A DNA stretch of 64,000 bases from Bacteroidota bacterium (GTDB lineage Bacteria > Bacteroidota > Bacteroidia > UKL13-3): assembly GCA_947460345.1 (NCBI GenBank), contig CANHGM010000001.1, forward strand, positions 42,518 to 106,517, written 5' to 3'. The translations under genes and the position numbers were made by a program. Shown here piece after piece: positions 20,626-30,150 of this stretch. The notes under the pieces are model-generated. The model was not told the origin of the DNA. It saw nothing but the letters and a program-made list of their open reading frames with translations, and did no database searches. Position 1 is the first letter of the stretch. Each line of letters begins with the position of its first letter.

Positions 20626-21594
20626 CTAGGCTAATATTTGAGCTAATTTTAATAACTCTCTATCTACTGGTCTGCATTTATCAATGGCATCTTCAAAGGT
20701 TGTTAAAACTAGCTCATTACTCACTATACCTACCATCTTATTTGTTTCACCTTCTAAAAGTTCAACTACTGCAGCCGAACCTAATCTAGAGGCTAAAAGT
20801 CTATCATAAGCACTTGGTGTACCTCCGCGTTGTATATGTCCTAAGACAGTTACCTTTGGGTCAAAACCAGGTATTCTTTCTTTAAGCTTGTTTGCAATTT
20901 CAAAAGCTCCGCCTTGGTCATCACCCTCAGCTACCACTACAATAGAGAATGATTTTGCTTTTCTTTTATCAACTGTAAAAAAACCAACTAATTGGTCTAT
21001 ATCTGTTACTTCTTCAGGAATCAAAATGGCTTCAGCACCACCTCCAATTCCTACATCTAATGCTATAAAACCTGCATGCCTTCCCATGACTTCAACAAAA
21101 AATACCCTGTTATGAGAGTCTGCTGTGTCTCTTATTTTATCAATAGCTTCAATAGCAGTGTTTATGGCAGTATCAAAACCTATAGTATAATCCGTTCCAA
21201 ACAAATCGTTGTCTATAGTTCCGGGTACGCCAATGACTGTCAATCCTGATTCAGCACAAAATATTTCTGCACCTGTAAAAGTACCATCTCCACCTATAGC
21301 AACAAGAGCCTCTATGCCATGCTTTCTTACATTTTCAGCAGCTTTTGCTCTTCCTTCTTTAGTTCTAAACTCTTCACTTCTACTTGTTTTGAGAATGGTT
21401 CCACCACGTTGAATAATATTGGCTACTGAACGAGAATTAAGGTCAATAATTTCATCATTTATCAAGCCTTCATAACCATTCATAATTCCTTTAACTTCTA
21501 AGCCATAGTATAGTGCTGTTCTAACAACTGCTCTAATGGCTGCATTCATGCCGGGGGCATCACCGCCTGAAGTAAAAACGCCTATTCTTTTCAT
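20626..21594 (-). CDS. pfkA: ATP-dependent 6-phosphofructokinase
   Basis: 322 aa with GVFTSGGDAPGMNAAIRAVV, GGDGT, TIDNDL and MGRHAG motifs. Confidence 0.92.
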   Translation of the reverse strand: MKRIGVFTSGGDAPGMNAAIRAVVRTALYYGLEVKGIMNGYEGLINDEIIDLNSRSVANIIQRGGTILKTSRSEEFRTKEGRAKAAENVRKHGIEALVAIGGDGTFTGAEIFCAESGLTVIGVPGTIDNDLFGTDYTIGFDTAINTAIEAIDKIRDTADSHNRVFFVEVMGRHAGFIALDVGIGGGAEAILIPEEVTDIDQLVGFFTVDKRKAKSFSIVVVAEGDDQGGAFEIANKLKERIPGFDPKVTVLGHIQRGGTPSAYDRLLASRLGSAAVVELLEGETNKMVGIVSNELVLTTFEDAIDKCRPVDRELLKLAQILA

Positions 21595-21612
21595 ATATAT
21601 ATATATATATTA
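21595..21612. repeat. (AT)8-9 dinucleotide microsatellite directly abutting the pfkA start codon
   Basis: Seen directly: cat|atatatatatatatatat|taattg. The tract fills the ribosome-binding and 5'UTR position of pfkA. Confidence 0.8.
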
Positions 21613-21631
21613 ATTGAGTATATAAACTAAA

Positions 21632-21660
21632 AGAGCCCACTAAATAGTGGGCTCTTTATT
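21632..21660 (-). terminator. rho-independent terminator for the lipoprotein gene 21676-22575
   Basis: AGAGCCCACtaaatAGTGGGCTCT hairpin, flanked by A/T runs, 16 bp downstream of the minus-strand stop. Confidence 0.55.
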
Positions 21661-21675
21661 ATTGTAATATTTTGA

Positions 21676-22575
21676 TTATTGTTGAATTTTCCATTCGATT
21701 TGCACGCTACCTGGAGTAGACAATGAACCAGATGGATTTTTGATATACATGATACCTTTTTTGTTACGAGCAACAAACGCAATTGCTTGGTTAGTGGTTA
21801 AGTTAATCACTTCACTTGACATACCTACACCGTCAGCATTGTTAATGATAGCTGAATCGTTACTAAGAGCAGTAAATTGAGCATAAGAAAGTGTAGTAGC
21901 TTTAAATTGAGTATTGTTTAATATAGTCCAAGTATCTAATTTATCTGGACCAAGGTTATTATAAATCAATTTAGCTTTTGCAGATGCAGGAGCAGCTAAG
22001 AAATTACCAGAAGTAGTAGCTGAACCGTAACAAACGTCAATTTTAGCAGCATTTAATTTAGCCTCAGCTAAAGTGTATGTTGGAACTGCACCTAATGATG
22101 GAGTTAAAGTTAAAAATTGTTGACCTGAGTTGTCATTTTGATTAGCTATTTGTAAAGAGTTATAAGTATCAATTGCTTTATAAACAGATTGCTTTAAGCT
22201 AACTGTAAAAGTAGAAGAAGCTGTTTTGTCTTTGCTATCTAAAACTAAGAAAGTATAAGTAACTTGCGTAACACCAGCTGGCATTGTGTCAGTGATTGAT
22301 TTATTAGAACTAGTTCCACTTAAATCAAAATCAGTAGTTTTACTACCTAAGCTGCTGCTTTTAGTAACAGTTAATTTTTTCAAAGTTGCATTTTCGTCTG
22401 AATTCATTAAAGCAGTGATGGTGAAAGTACCACCAACTTCAACGCTAGTAGAAGTTGCATTGCTGTTATCAAAAGTAATGGTTGGAGCAACAGTGTCTTT
22501 GCTACCACAGCTAGAAATGAATAAGGCTAAAGCAGCCATTGATAAGAATGAAAAAAGAATTGAGATTTTCTTCAT
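21676..22575 (-). CDS. hypothetical lipoprotein (Ser/Thr-rich, predicted cell-surface)
   Basis: SPase II signal with lipobox LFISSC|GS. The mature part is S/T/N-rich with no recognisable catalytic motifs. Confidence 0.6.
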   Translation of the reverse strand: MKKISILFSFLSMAALALFISSCGSKDTVAPTITFDNSNATSTSVEVGGTFTITALMNSDENATLKKLTVTKSSSLGSKTTDFDLSGTSSNKSITDTMPAGVTQVTYTFLVLDSKDKTASSTFTVSLKQSVYKAIDTYNSLQIANQNDNSGQQFLTLTPSLGAVPTYTLAEAKLNAAKIDVCYGSATTSGNFLAAPASAKAKLIYNNLGPDKLDTWTILNNTQFKATTLSYAQFTALSNDSAIINNADGVGMSSEVINLTTNQAIAFVARNKKGIMYIKNPSGSLSTPGSVQIEWKIQQ

Positions 22576-22641
22576 GGTATTGATTATTTATTTAATTTAT
22601 GTGCAAATATAAGTCAATAAAAAAAACAATCCAATTATTTA

Positions 22642-23280
22642 TTATGTTTTATGAACATATAAAATAGATTTGCTAGTAAAGAATTCTTCTTCAAAATATT
22701 GAGATATAAATACTTCTTCAATTTTATATTTCTTATGGGTATTTAAAAATACCTGCTTTTCTTCAGCTAAATCAGCCCCTTTCAAACATATAAATCCATT
22801 TTTAAGTTCATGAAAATTTTTATCTGATATTTTCTGACCTGCCCATTGATAAAGCTCTATCAAAGGTGCAACTGCTCTACTTACTACAAAGTCAAACTTG
22901 CCTTCAATAGTCTCTACACGTTGCCGACAAGGTTGAACATTAACCAATGAAATTGCATTTGAAATTTCAGTTACCACTTTTATCTTTTTAGCTATAGAAT
23001 CAACTGCAACAAACTCAACTTGTGGAAATAGAATAGCTAATGGTATGGTGGGAAAACCGCCTCCTGTTCCTATGTCTAACACTCTTGAGCCAGGCAAAAA
23101 GGTGATAAATTTTGCAATGGCCAATGAATGAAGCACGTGCTTTTCATATAATTGGTCAATGTCTTTTCTTGAAATGACATTTATTTTTGAATTCCATTCA
23201 ACATATAAGTCGTAAAGCTTTTGAAACTGAGAAACTTGTTCTGAATTTAGGTCTGGAAAATATTTATATATTAGTTCCAT
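22642..23280 (-). CDS. rsmG: 16S rRNA (guanine527-N7)-methyltransferase
   Basis: 212 aa with the SAM-binding VLDIGTGGGFPTIPLAI motif and RsmG/GidB-like length. Confidence 0.85.
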   Translation of the reverse strand: MELIYKYFPDLNSEQVSQFQKLYDLYVEWNSKINVISRKDIDQLYEKHVLHSLAIAKFITFLPGSRVLDIGTGGGFPTIPLAILFPQVEFVAVDSIAKKIKVVTEISNAISLVNVQPCRQRVETIEGKFDFVVSRAVAPLIELYQWAGQKISDKNFHELKNGFICLKGADLAEEKQVFLNTHKKYKIEEVFISQYFEEEFFTSKSILYVHKT

Positions 23281-24449
23281 GTTCTTGGTCTTACAAAAAG
23301 ACTAGCAGTCCCATAAATTAACAAATATAAAAAGTAAAATAAATCTAAGACAGGCAATAGCACCATCAAAGACACTTCGTTCATTTTTTTACTTATAGGA
23401 TAGTAAATCGCAAATTGAGTAACCAATCTTACAAAATACAAAGAAACAAGAAACAATGTATATTCATTATGATTTAGCAACATGGTTGGTGTTTCTTCTA
23501 TTTGCAAATAAAAAGGCAACAAGCTTAAGGAAGCAACAAAAAGAACATAAAACAGGATATGAGATACAGAGTATAAACCCAACCAAAATTTATGTCTGGC
23601 TTGATACATTTTGCCTGTACTCAAATGCCTTTGTTTTTGTTTTTGCCAATCTCCCCAAGTTGTTTTAGGCTCAGACACCATAAAGCTATCTTTTCTAAGT
23701 TCTATAGCTACATTTGAAGGAGTAGCAGTTTCATTCACAAATAAATCATCATCACCAGAAATTAAATGGTTATGTTTGGCAAAGCCTTTAACACTAAAAA
23801 ACAAACTTTTTCTGTAAGCTAAATTTCTTCCAACACCCATATATGCATCTTTAAGCAAAGCAAAAGAAAAATAAAACATAGCTGTAAGCATGGTTTCATA
23901 TCTGATAAACATATTTAACAAGCCTCCTTTTTTGGTATATGGAGAAAAACCAAGTACTATTTGCTTTTGATGAGAAAAATTTGAAGCCATCAAGCTCAAC
24001 CATTTTCTACTTTGTGGTTTGCAATCAGCATCAGTAAATACTAATAATTCGTTTTGGGCTGCTTTAATTCCAAGTGTTAAAGCAAACTTTTTACCTGTAG
24101 GATATTTTTCTTGCTCATGTATAGTAACAATATGCAGATGTGAATATTGAGATTGAAGCCTCTCTAGTAAAATAGCAGTTTGGTCCCAAGAGCAATCATT
24201 GATAACTACTACTTCATAATTAGGATAATCTTGTTCAAGAATCAAAGGTAAATTTTTTTCAAGATTGATATACTCGTTTCTTGCAGCAAGAATAACCGAA
24301 ACAGGTTGGTTGTTTTCTAAAGGTTTGCCTTTGTAAGGTTTATATACAGCCAATCTACTAAACATCAGCAAATGATATAGCCATTGTATGACAAAGCAGT
24401 TTGCTAATATTACTAAAATTGAAAGGGCTATTATTTCTATTGTTGACAT
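23271..24449 (-). CDS. membrane-bound family-2 glycosyltransferase (GT-A fold with N- and C-terminal TM helices)
   Basis: N-terminal TM, then VSVILAARNE…VVVINDCSWDQT…LVFTDADC (DxD), a Q-K-Q-R-H segment resembling the Q(Q/R)xRW motif of processive/lipid-directed GT2s, and 3-4 C-terminal TM helices. It overlaps rsmG by 10 bp. Confidence 0.75.
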   Translation of the reverse strand: MSTIEIIALSILVILANCFVIQWLYHLLMFSRLAVYKPYKGKPLENNQPVSVILAARNEYINLEKNLPLILEQDYPNYEVVVINDCSWDQTAILLERLQSQYSHLHIVTIHEQEKYPTGKKFALTLGIKAAQNELLVFTDADCKPQSRKWLSLMASNFSHQKQIVLGFSPYTKKGGLLNMFIRYETMLTAMFYFSFALLKDAYMGVGRNLAYRKSLFFSVKGFAKHNHLISGDDDLFVNETATPSNVAIELRKDSFMVSEPKTTWGDWQKQKQRHLSTGKMYQARHKFWLGLYSVSHILFYVLFVASLSLLPFYLQIEETPTMLLNHNEYTLFLVSLYFVRLVTQFAIYYPISKKMNEVSLMVLLPVLDLFYFLYLLIYGTASLFVRPRTWN

Positions 24450-24514
24450 GAATACAGCTGCAAAAATACTAACTAAAGCCGAATTGCCCTCAAAGAAGAT
24501 GAATAAATAGTAAA

Positions 24515-25768
24515 CTAACTAAAAAGGATTTTTAAATAAAACAATGGATTCGAAAATTTCTTTCTTAATCCTATATCAGCAAACATACACGATATCAATT
24601 CTGACAATTCTTTGTTTTTATTAGCCTTGTTTACAACAAAATTGAACAACATTGGATATTTACAAAGACTTAACAATGTTGAACTTAACTTAAGTTCGCT
24701 TCCTATTTTAGCATATACTATTTGATCATATTGACTTAGAAAAGTTTTACTAAAATTATTATGTTTTAATGATAAAACAGCTGTTTGAGCGGCGTATCTC
24801 CCTGAAAGTATGGCATTACCAATTCCTTCGCCAGTAAATGGATCTATTAATGAAGCAGCATCACCACACAGCATAATTCTATCGGTTGATATATTCTTTT
24901 TGTTTCTTCCTAAGGGTAATCCCCAACCTAAGATTTTGCTTTCAAGTTTAGCATTTATAAATCGTTTTGAAATTTCAGGATGGTTTTGAATAATTTCTTC
25001 CATCAACTTTTTTAAATTCAACTTTTTTTCACTTACATCTTTAGAAAGCATTCCCACACCTACATTGGCTTGTCCGTTTGGTAAAGGAAAAATCCAAAAA
25101 TAACCTGGTAAAAAATCTTTGATGAAATGAAGTTCAATAAAATTCATTTGGTGAAAATCTGTAACTCCTGAATAATAAGCCCTGATACCAGCAGAAAAAC
25201 TATTGTAATCTCTTTCTACAGTGTCATAAACCATCCTAGCTGTGGGCGATCGTTCACCTTCAGCACTGATGAGTAATTTTGTATATATATATTTTTCTTC
25301 ACCATTTTTAATCACGGTTAAATAAACCCCTTCATCATTTTTCTCTATTTTTTGTAATAAGGTATTTTCATAAATAGTTGCACTAGAATGCTCTTTACAT
25401 TTGCTAAAAAGGTATTGATCAAAATAAATTCTTTTACTAATAAAACCTGGGCTTTTATCAGCCATAGTCAAACCCGGCGAAAAAGGCACATCTAAATTTA
25501 CCCCATTGGGTGCAACAAACCTAACACCATAACTAGAAGTATAATGTTCATTGTCTAAATTAAAATCATGGTGTATTTCAGGAATCACATGTTTGAGGTG
25601 TGAAAAAACTTTACCACTTAATGCATCACCACAAATCTTATCCCGAGGAAAAGTCTCTTTATCTATCAATAAATGTTTAACATTATTTTGAGACAAAAAC
25701 AAAGATGCAGAAGCACCAGCCGGCCCAGCTCCTACTACAACTACATCAAAATACTCATCTATTTGCAT
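24515..25768 (-). CDS. FAD-dependent oxidoreductase, geranylgeranyl reductase (GGR) family
   Basis: VVVVGAGPAGASA (GxGxxG), RDKICGDAL, GYFWIFP (GGR-type GxxWxFP) and CGDAASLIDPFTGEGIG FAD-binding signature. It overlaps the upstream membrane-protein gene by 14 bp. Confidence 0.72.
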   Translation of the reverse strand: MQIDEYFDVVVVGAGPAGASASLFLSQNNVKHLLIDKETFPRDKICGDALSGKVFSHLKHVIPEIHHDFNLDNEHYTSSYGVRFVAPNGVNLDVPFSPGLTMADKSPGFISKRIYFDQYLFSKCKEHSSATIYENTLLQKIEKNDEGVYLTVIKNGEEKYIYTKLLISAEGERSPTARMVYDTVERDYNSFSAGIRAYYSGVTDFHQMNFIELHFIKDFLPGYFWIFPLPNGQANVGVGMLSKDVSEKKLNLKKLMEEIIQNHPEISKRFINAKLESKILGWGLPLGRNKKNISTDRIMLCGDAASLIDPFTGEGIGNAILSGRYAAQTAVLSLKHNNFSKTFLSQYDQIVYAKIGSELKLSSTLLSLCKYPMLFNFVVNKANKNKELSELISCMFADIGLRKKFSNPLFYLKILFS

Positions 25769-27224
25769 GCTTTAATTTGTATATATAATATTGAAATTCA
25801 TTGTTGCTTCTATTTTGTGAACAATAAAACTCAAAGTTTGTGTCCGCAATAATACTATCTGTAACCAAGTAATCACAACCATCCTTAATAACTTTATTTT
25901 TATTCTCTTCACTCCATTTTTCTTCTATAAAACATGAATTTTTATATGTGAAAGGGTAATAATCGCTATTGGCAAAATGGTTTTGAAAATTAACTAGATT
26001 ATTATTTATATATTTTTTTTGAAATTGATATGGATACACAGGAAACAGCCATCCATTTTTTTGCATGATATTGGTGTTGTTATATAGTCTATATACTTTG
26101 CCTTCTATATTCTCAAAGCAAGCGTATACATATGAGTTATTATATTCAAACACGATGAATGCTTTATATAAAATAAAACATAGAGTAATAGAACAATTGA
26201 TATACACATAAATTAGATGTTTTTTATATAATGAAATATTCTGCACAATATACACAAGCGAGAAAAACAGCATCAACCATGCGAGCCTAATACCAATAAG
26301 TCCTCCACCTGATGTTTCTTGTGGCGAAAAAAGATATAAAACCAAAACTGCGAAAAGTATTTTGATGTATATATTGTACTTATTCTTTGATTTAAAAAAG
26401 ACCACTACTAAAACAGACAAATTTATGCAAACCAATACACCTGAAAAGACAAACTCTGACCTAAGATAAGAAGCTAAAAAAACACCTTTAACCAAATCAC
26501 CTATTCTTGATACAATAGAATAACCTATATAATTTGTTGCTGAGTGAATATGCATAAAATGGCAAATCAATAGTAACATACTTGGTAATAAATATAGATA
26601 ATTATTGTTGCTATTTTTTTTATTATAATTTAGTAACAATACCAACAAAGCAAACATAAATGGCAATGGGTGAAAAACAAAAGACAGAAAAAGCATCACA
26701 CTTATACATATAAGTTTTTTCTTATTCAATGGGTCAATCTCGAGCAAATTGGGCAATACCAGCAACACCAAATCTAAAGCATATATATAATTGTAAAACC
26801 CTTTGGTAAAAGTTAACGACCAAAATAAAAGCAACATACTTAACCACCAAAACCATTGCAGCTTGTTAGTTATTTTTAAATACGCTGACCAATTATTTAC
26901 AGCTTTTGTAAACAACAACAAATGCAATAACTGCATAAGTCTTTCAGCTTGTTCTATTCCAGCTAGTTTATATAAAATTGATGAAACAACAACACCACCC
27001 CAAGAAGTATATGTTGTAGCTAATTTAAAGGTACTTTCAAAAAAAGCAAAATCACCATATATATATTTTTGCAACAAAAATCCTTGATATAGCAAGGGCG
27101 AACCGTCTTGTGTATGAATATTTAGCAACACAATAAGCATTGCTGATATTAGTGTTGTAAGCCATAACGGACTTAAAAGCTGAATATATATTTTTTTCAA
27201 ATTTGAATAAATGTTTGTTACCAA
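25755..27224 (-). CDS. polytopic membrane protein (~9-10 TM) with C-terminal soluble domain, possibly GT-C-like
   Basis: 489 aa, highly hydrophobic for about 350 aa, then a hydrophilic Tyr/Asn-rich tail. No motif is recognised with confidence. It is translationally coupled to both neighbours. Confidence 0.5.
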   Translation of the reverse strand: MVTNIYSNLKKIYIQLLSPLWLTTLISAMLIVLLNIHTQDGSPLLYQGFLLQKYIYGDFAFFESTFKLATTYTSWGGVVVSSILYKLAGIEQAERLMQLLHLLLFTKAVNNWSAYLKITNKLQWFWWLSMLLLFWSLTFTKGFYNYIYALDLVLLVLPNLLEIDPLNKKKLICISVMLFLSFVFHPLPFMFALLVLLLNYNKKNSNNNYLYLLPSMLLLICHFMHIHSATNYIGYSIVSRIGDLVKGVFLASYLRSEFVFSGVLVCINLSVLVVVFFKSKNKYNIYIKILFAVLVLYLFSPQETSGGGLIGIRLAWLMLFFSLVYIVQNISLYKKHLIYVYINCSITLCFILYKAFIVFEYNNSYVYACFENIEGKVYRLYNNTNIMQKNGWLFPVYPYQFQKKYINNNLVNFQNHFANSDYYPFTYKNSCFIEEKWSEENKNKVIKDGCDYLVTDSIIADTNFEFYCSQNRSNNEFQYYIYKLKHANR

Positions 27225-28000
27225 ACAATTTTCTCTTTATTCAAGAAAGCTGAAATTCCTTTTTTACAATCAGAGGTTGCTCTTGCTTTAGCATTCATTT
27301 GAGCTGCAAAATCTAGGGCATGTTCAACTTCCATTGTTTGTACTTTTGATATCATTTCTTTTACTAAACGCATACTTTCAGAACTGTTATCTGAAATTAA
27401 TCTATTGGCTAATTTAGTTACTTCATTTTCTATTAGATCTTTAGAAACTACTTGATTTATTAACCCTATTTTTTCTGCTGCAGCTGCTGTAATTGAATGC
27501 CCACCTAATAAAAGCTCCCTAGCTTTTCCTTCTCCAATTTTTCTGATTAAGAAAATCATAACAATAGCAGGTATAAAGCCAATTTTTACTTCAGTGTAAG
27601 CAAAGTTTGCTTCAGGTATAGCAAATGAAAAATCGCAAATAGCTGCCAACCCACAACCTCCGGCAATAGCATGTCCCTCAATTTGAGCAATCACAACTTT
27701 GGGCCCTGCATATATCATTTCGAACATAGAAGCTAGATGGCTAGAGTCTTCGTAATTCTCTTCATAGGTATTATTTTGAAGCTGTTTCAAATATTCTAAA
27801 TCAGCACCTGCACAAAACACATCAGCATTGCTTTTTAGAACTATGACTTTACAAGCCTCATCGTTATAAGCATGTGTAAAAGCTTGTTTTAATTCGGTAA
27901 CATATAATGCATTTAAAGCATTACGTTTATCAATTCTATTTAAAGTGATATAACCAATTTTGTTTAGACAGTGATAGGTGAGATAAGTATATGAAGTCAT
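27218..28000 (-). CDS. enoyl-CoA hydratase/isomerase (crotonase) family protein
   Basis: 260 aa with …VIVLKSNADVFCAGADLEYL… (oxyanion-hole CAGADL) and AIAGGCGLAAICDFSFA, which is the crotonase fold. Confidence 0.8.
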   Translation of the reverse strand: MTSYTYLTYHCLNKIGYITLNRIDKRNALNALYVTELKQAFTHAYNDEACKVIVLKSNADVFCAGADLEYLKQLQNNTYEENYEDSSHLASMFEMIYAGPKVVIAQIEGHAIAGGCGLAAICDFSFAIPEANFAYTEVKIGFIPAIVMIFLIRKIGEGKARELLLGGHSITAAAAEKIGLINQVVSKDLIENEVTKLANRLISDNSSESMRLVKEMISKVQTMEVEHALDFAAQMNAKARATSDCKKGISAFLNKEKIVW

Positions 28001-28002
28001 TT

Positions 28003-29286
28003 TTAAAGTTTTTTGTTATTAAGTTGTTCTAATATCTCTTGAGGTGATGTATTGGTTAATTTTACTTTGTTAAACCTTTTAAGAAAAATAGTGGAAGGGT
28101 ATTTTTCTACGGAGCATTTTAAGTTTATTTCTTTACTTGAAATACCGCATATATATGAAATTTTTCCGAATTGGACATAGTTTTTAATGAGACCTGGTTG
28201 GCTTCCATAGTTAAGAATTATTACTTTTATTTTTTTACCATACTTATGGTGTATTTCATTTAACGCTATGGTATCATTTTTTAATTCCGGGTTGTTCCAA
28301 TCAAAAAAGTATAAAACTACTTTTTTGCATCTGTATTTTTTTAGTTTTACATATTTATCTTTATGTGTCTTAAACTTAAACTTCAGTTTCTTTCCTATTT
28401 CTGGACCAATAGCAACTTTATTGCTCAAAAGCTTTATTGAAAGAAATTTTCCTGCTTGGTCAATATTACTTACTTCATAAATGAGGCCTCTTTTGCTAAA
28501 AGTATATGTTTTTTTATTTGAAAAAACAATTGCTCCATCTTCTTCTAAGGTAGAAATAAATTTGTCATGATATTCACCAATAACTATTTCATCTTCTTCT
28601 TCATCAGTATATAACCCATTGCCATTGCCATCATATAAACCTATTGAAAAACTATCGTTGCCGATGTGAACTCTTTTAGCTACAGTTCTTAGTTGTTGCT
28701 CTCTAAAACAATAATTTGGACCCAAAAATCTCCTGTTAGGATATAGGTTTTTAAAGTATTTCTCAAGCATAAAATAATAACTAGAATTGTTACTAAAATT
28801 AAACTTACTTAGTCTAGTTATATATAATCCATCTGTTACTTTGCTGTTATTCAAAATCAAATCTATATATTTAAAATTTCTAACAATTTCATCGGGATCA
28901 CCATCATCATTAAAATCGAAATTGCAATTCATATCTATCCACAATTTCATGGGCTGTGATTGATTATAATTGCCAATTAGCATAGGTATATTGGCTTTAA
29001 GTGAATTGTTTTCGACGCCATTAAAAAACAAATAACCATATGCTGTATCCCTACAACCAACCATCTTAGGAAATTTTATTTTATTTATTACATTTTTATT
29101 TCCAAGAGCAGGAATATTAGCTTCAATGGTGTCACCAGTTAACCTAAATAAAGGTATTGCTACTTCACTTTTCTCAAATTTTTGGTCTGGAATTCTTTCA
29201 TTCAATATCAATTCTATTGACTGCCCTTGTATATCCAACATTCCAAAAATTAAGCAGATTATAATATATATATATTTTAACTTCAT
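28003..29286 (-). CDS. secreted hypothetical protein with Asp-rich N-domain and C-terminal redox-inactive thioredoxin-like domain
   Basis: Probable start at Met15 (MKLKYIYIIICLIFGMLDIQGQ signal). Acidic DGDPDE / DGNGNGLYTDEEEDE patches are present. The C-terminal KKVVLYFFDWNNPELK…KIKVIILNYG resembles a TlpA/AhpC-type Trx fold with WCxxC replaced by WNNPE. Confidence 0.45.
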   Translation of the reverse strand: MKLKYIYIIICLIFGMLDIQGQSIELILNERIPDQKFEKSEVAIPLFRLTGDTIEANIPALGNKNVINKIKFPKMVGCRDTAYGYLFFNGVENNSLKANIPMLIGNYNQSQPMKLWIDMNCNFDFNDDGDPDEIVRNFKYIDLILNNSKVTDGLYITRLSKFNFSNNSSYYFMLEKYFKNLYPNRRFLGPNYCFREQQLRTVAKRVHIGNDSFSIGLYDGNGNGLYTDEEEDEIVIGEYHDKFISTLEEDGAIVFSNKKTYTFSKRGLIYEVSNIDQAGKFLSIKLLSNKVAIGPEIGKKLKFKFKTHKDKYVKLKKYRCKKVVLYFFDWNNPELKNDTIALNEIHHKYGKKIKVIILNYGSQPGLIKNYVQFGKISYICGISSKEINLKCSVEKYPSTIFLKRFNKVKLTNTSPQEILEQLNNKKL

Positions 29287-29296
29287 TTGTTTTTGA

Positions 29297-30061
29297 TTAA
29301 TAAAATTCAACAATAACAGGTTTCCCAATTTTCAACCCCAATAGTTGCGAAGCATTTTCTCTATTTAAAGCAATTTCTAACCTGCCTAGCCTATTAAACT
29401 TACAAACCATATCAGTGTGCCCTACATCTGAATAATTTTTTTGCAAGGTTGTATGTTTGTCGTGCCTTGTAACTACAATTCTATATTTTCTTCCATTTCT
29501 GTATTTTTCAAAAATCTCATGAGAAATATTAGTTACTAAATTACCATGACGTTCAATATATATTATCTCACCTTTTAACACATCATCAATATAAGACAAA
29601 GGCTGAATATGATAAGCAATCACGCTTTCAGCCAAGGGTAATGATTCATAAAAATGATGGTCAATTATCAATTTGTGAGCTACAAGAGATAAATCATGAA
29701 AGGGTGAAAAATTAAAGTCTTCAATTATAGGTGCTTTTATATTTTCAAAATTATCCGCTTCTAAAATTGGCAATAATCCATTGTCAGCAGACAATATATA
29801 TGAATTTTTAAATTCTTTGACTAACCAACGTTTATGATTTGAATAAGCAGTATCCACTAAAACAATATGAATACTCTTTGCAGGAAACTCATCAATTAAA
29901 TAATCTAGAACTAAAGCCGCTTGTTTAAAATCAAATGGTTCTATTTCATGATACAAATCAACAACTTTTACATTTTTAATTAATAACTCTAATTGAAACT
30001 TCATAATTGAAACTTCAGGAGAACTATATCCTTTGTCAGTTGTTAATGTGATAATACCCAC
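29297..30061 (-). CDS. S-adenosyl-L-methionine hydroxide adenosyltransferase family protein (DUF62; fluorinase/chlorinase superfamily)
   Basis: …GIITLTTDKGYSSPEVSIMKFQL…DLYHEI… matches the DUF62 N-terminal pattern (I.LLTDFG..D.YVG.MKGVI…D.xH). The ORF-track N-terminal 43 aa form a non-homologous hydrophobic extension. The likely true start is the in-frame GTG at 30059-30061, which also removes the overlap with phoH. Confidence 0.55.
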   Translation of the reverse strand: MGIITLTTDKGYSSPEVSIMKFQLELLIKNVKVVDLYHEIEPFDFKQAALVLDYLIDEFPAKSIHIVLVDTAYSNHKRWLVKEFKNSYILSADNGLLPILEADNFENIKAPIIEDFNFSPFHDLSLVAHKLIIDHHFYESLPLAESVIAYHIQPLSYIDDVLKGEIIYIERHGNLVTNISHEIFEKYRNGRKYRIVVTRHDKHTTLQKNYSDVGHTDMVCKFNRLGRLEIALNRENASQLLGLKIGKPVIVEFY

Positions 30062-30150
30062 TTTACTTTTTTGGTGTATATTTGGAGCAAAATTAACTAT
30101 AACCAAAGTTAAAAACATCAAACATAACTCATAATAAAATAAAATAGCCA

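Noticed and set aside
23456-23817. Plus-strand ORFs 23456-23668 and 23611-23817 as possible antisense small proteins within the GT2 gene
   Set aside because: They are fully contained in the strongly supported GT2 coding frame on the opposite strand and have no independent start signals or homology.
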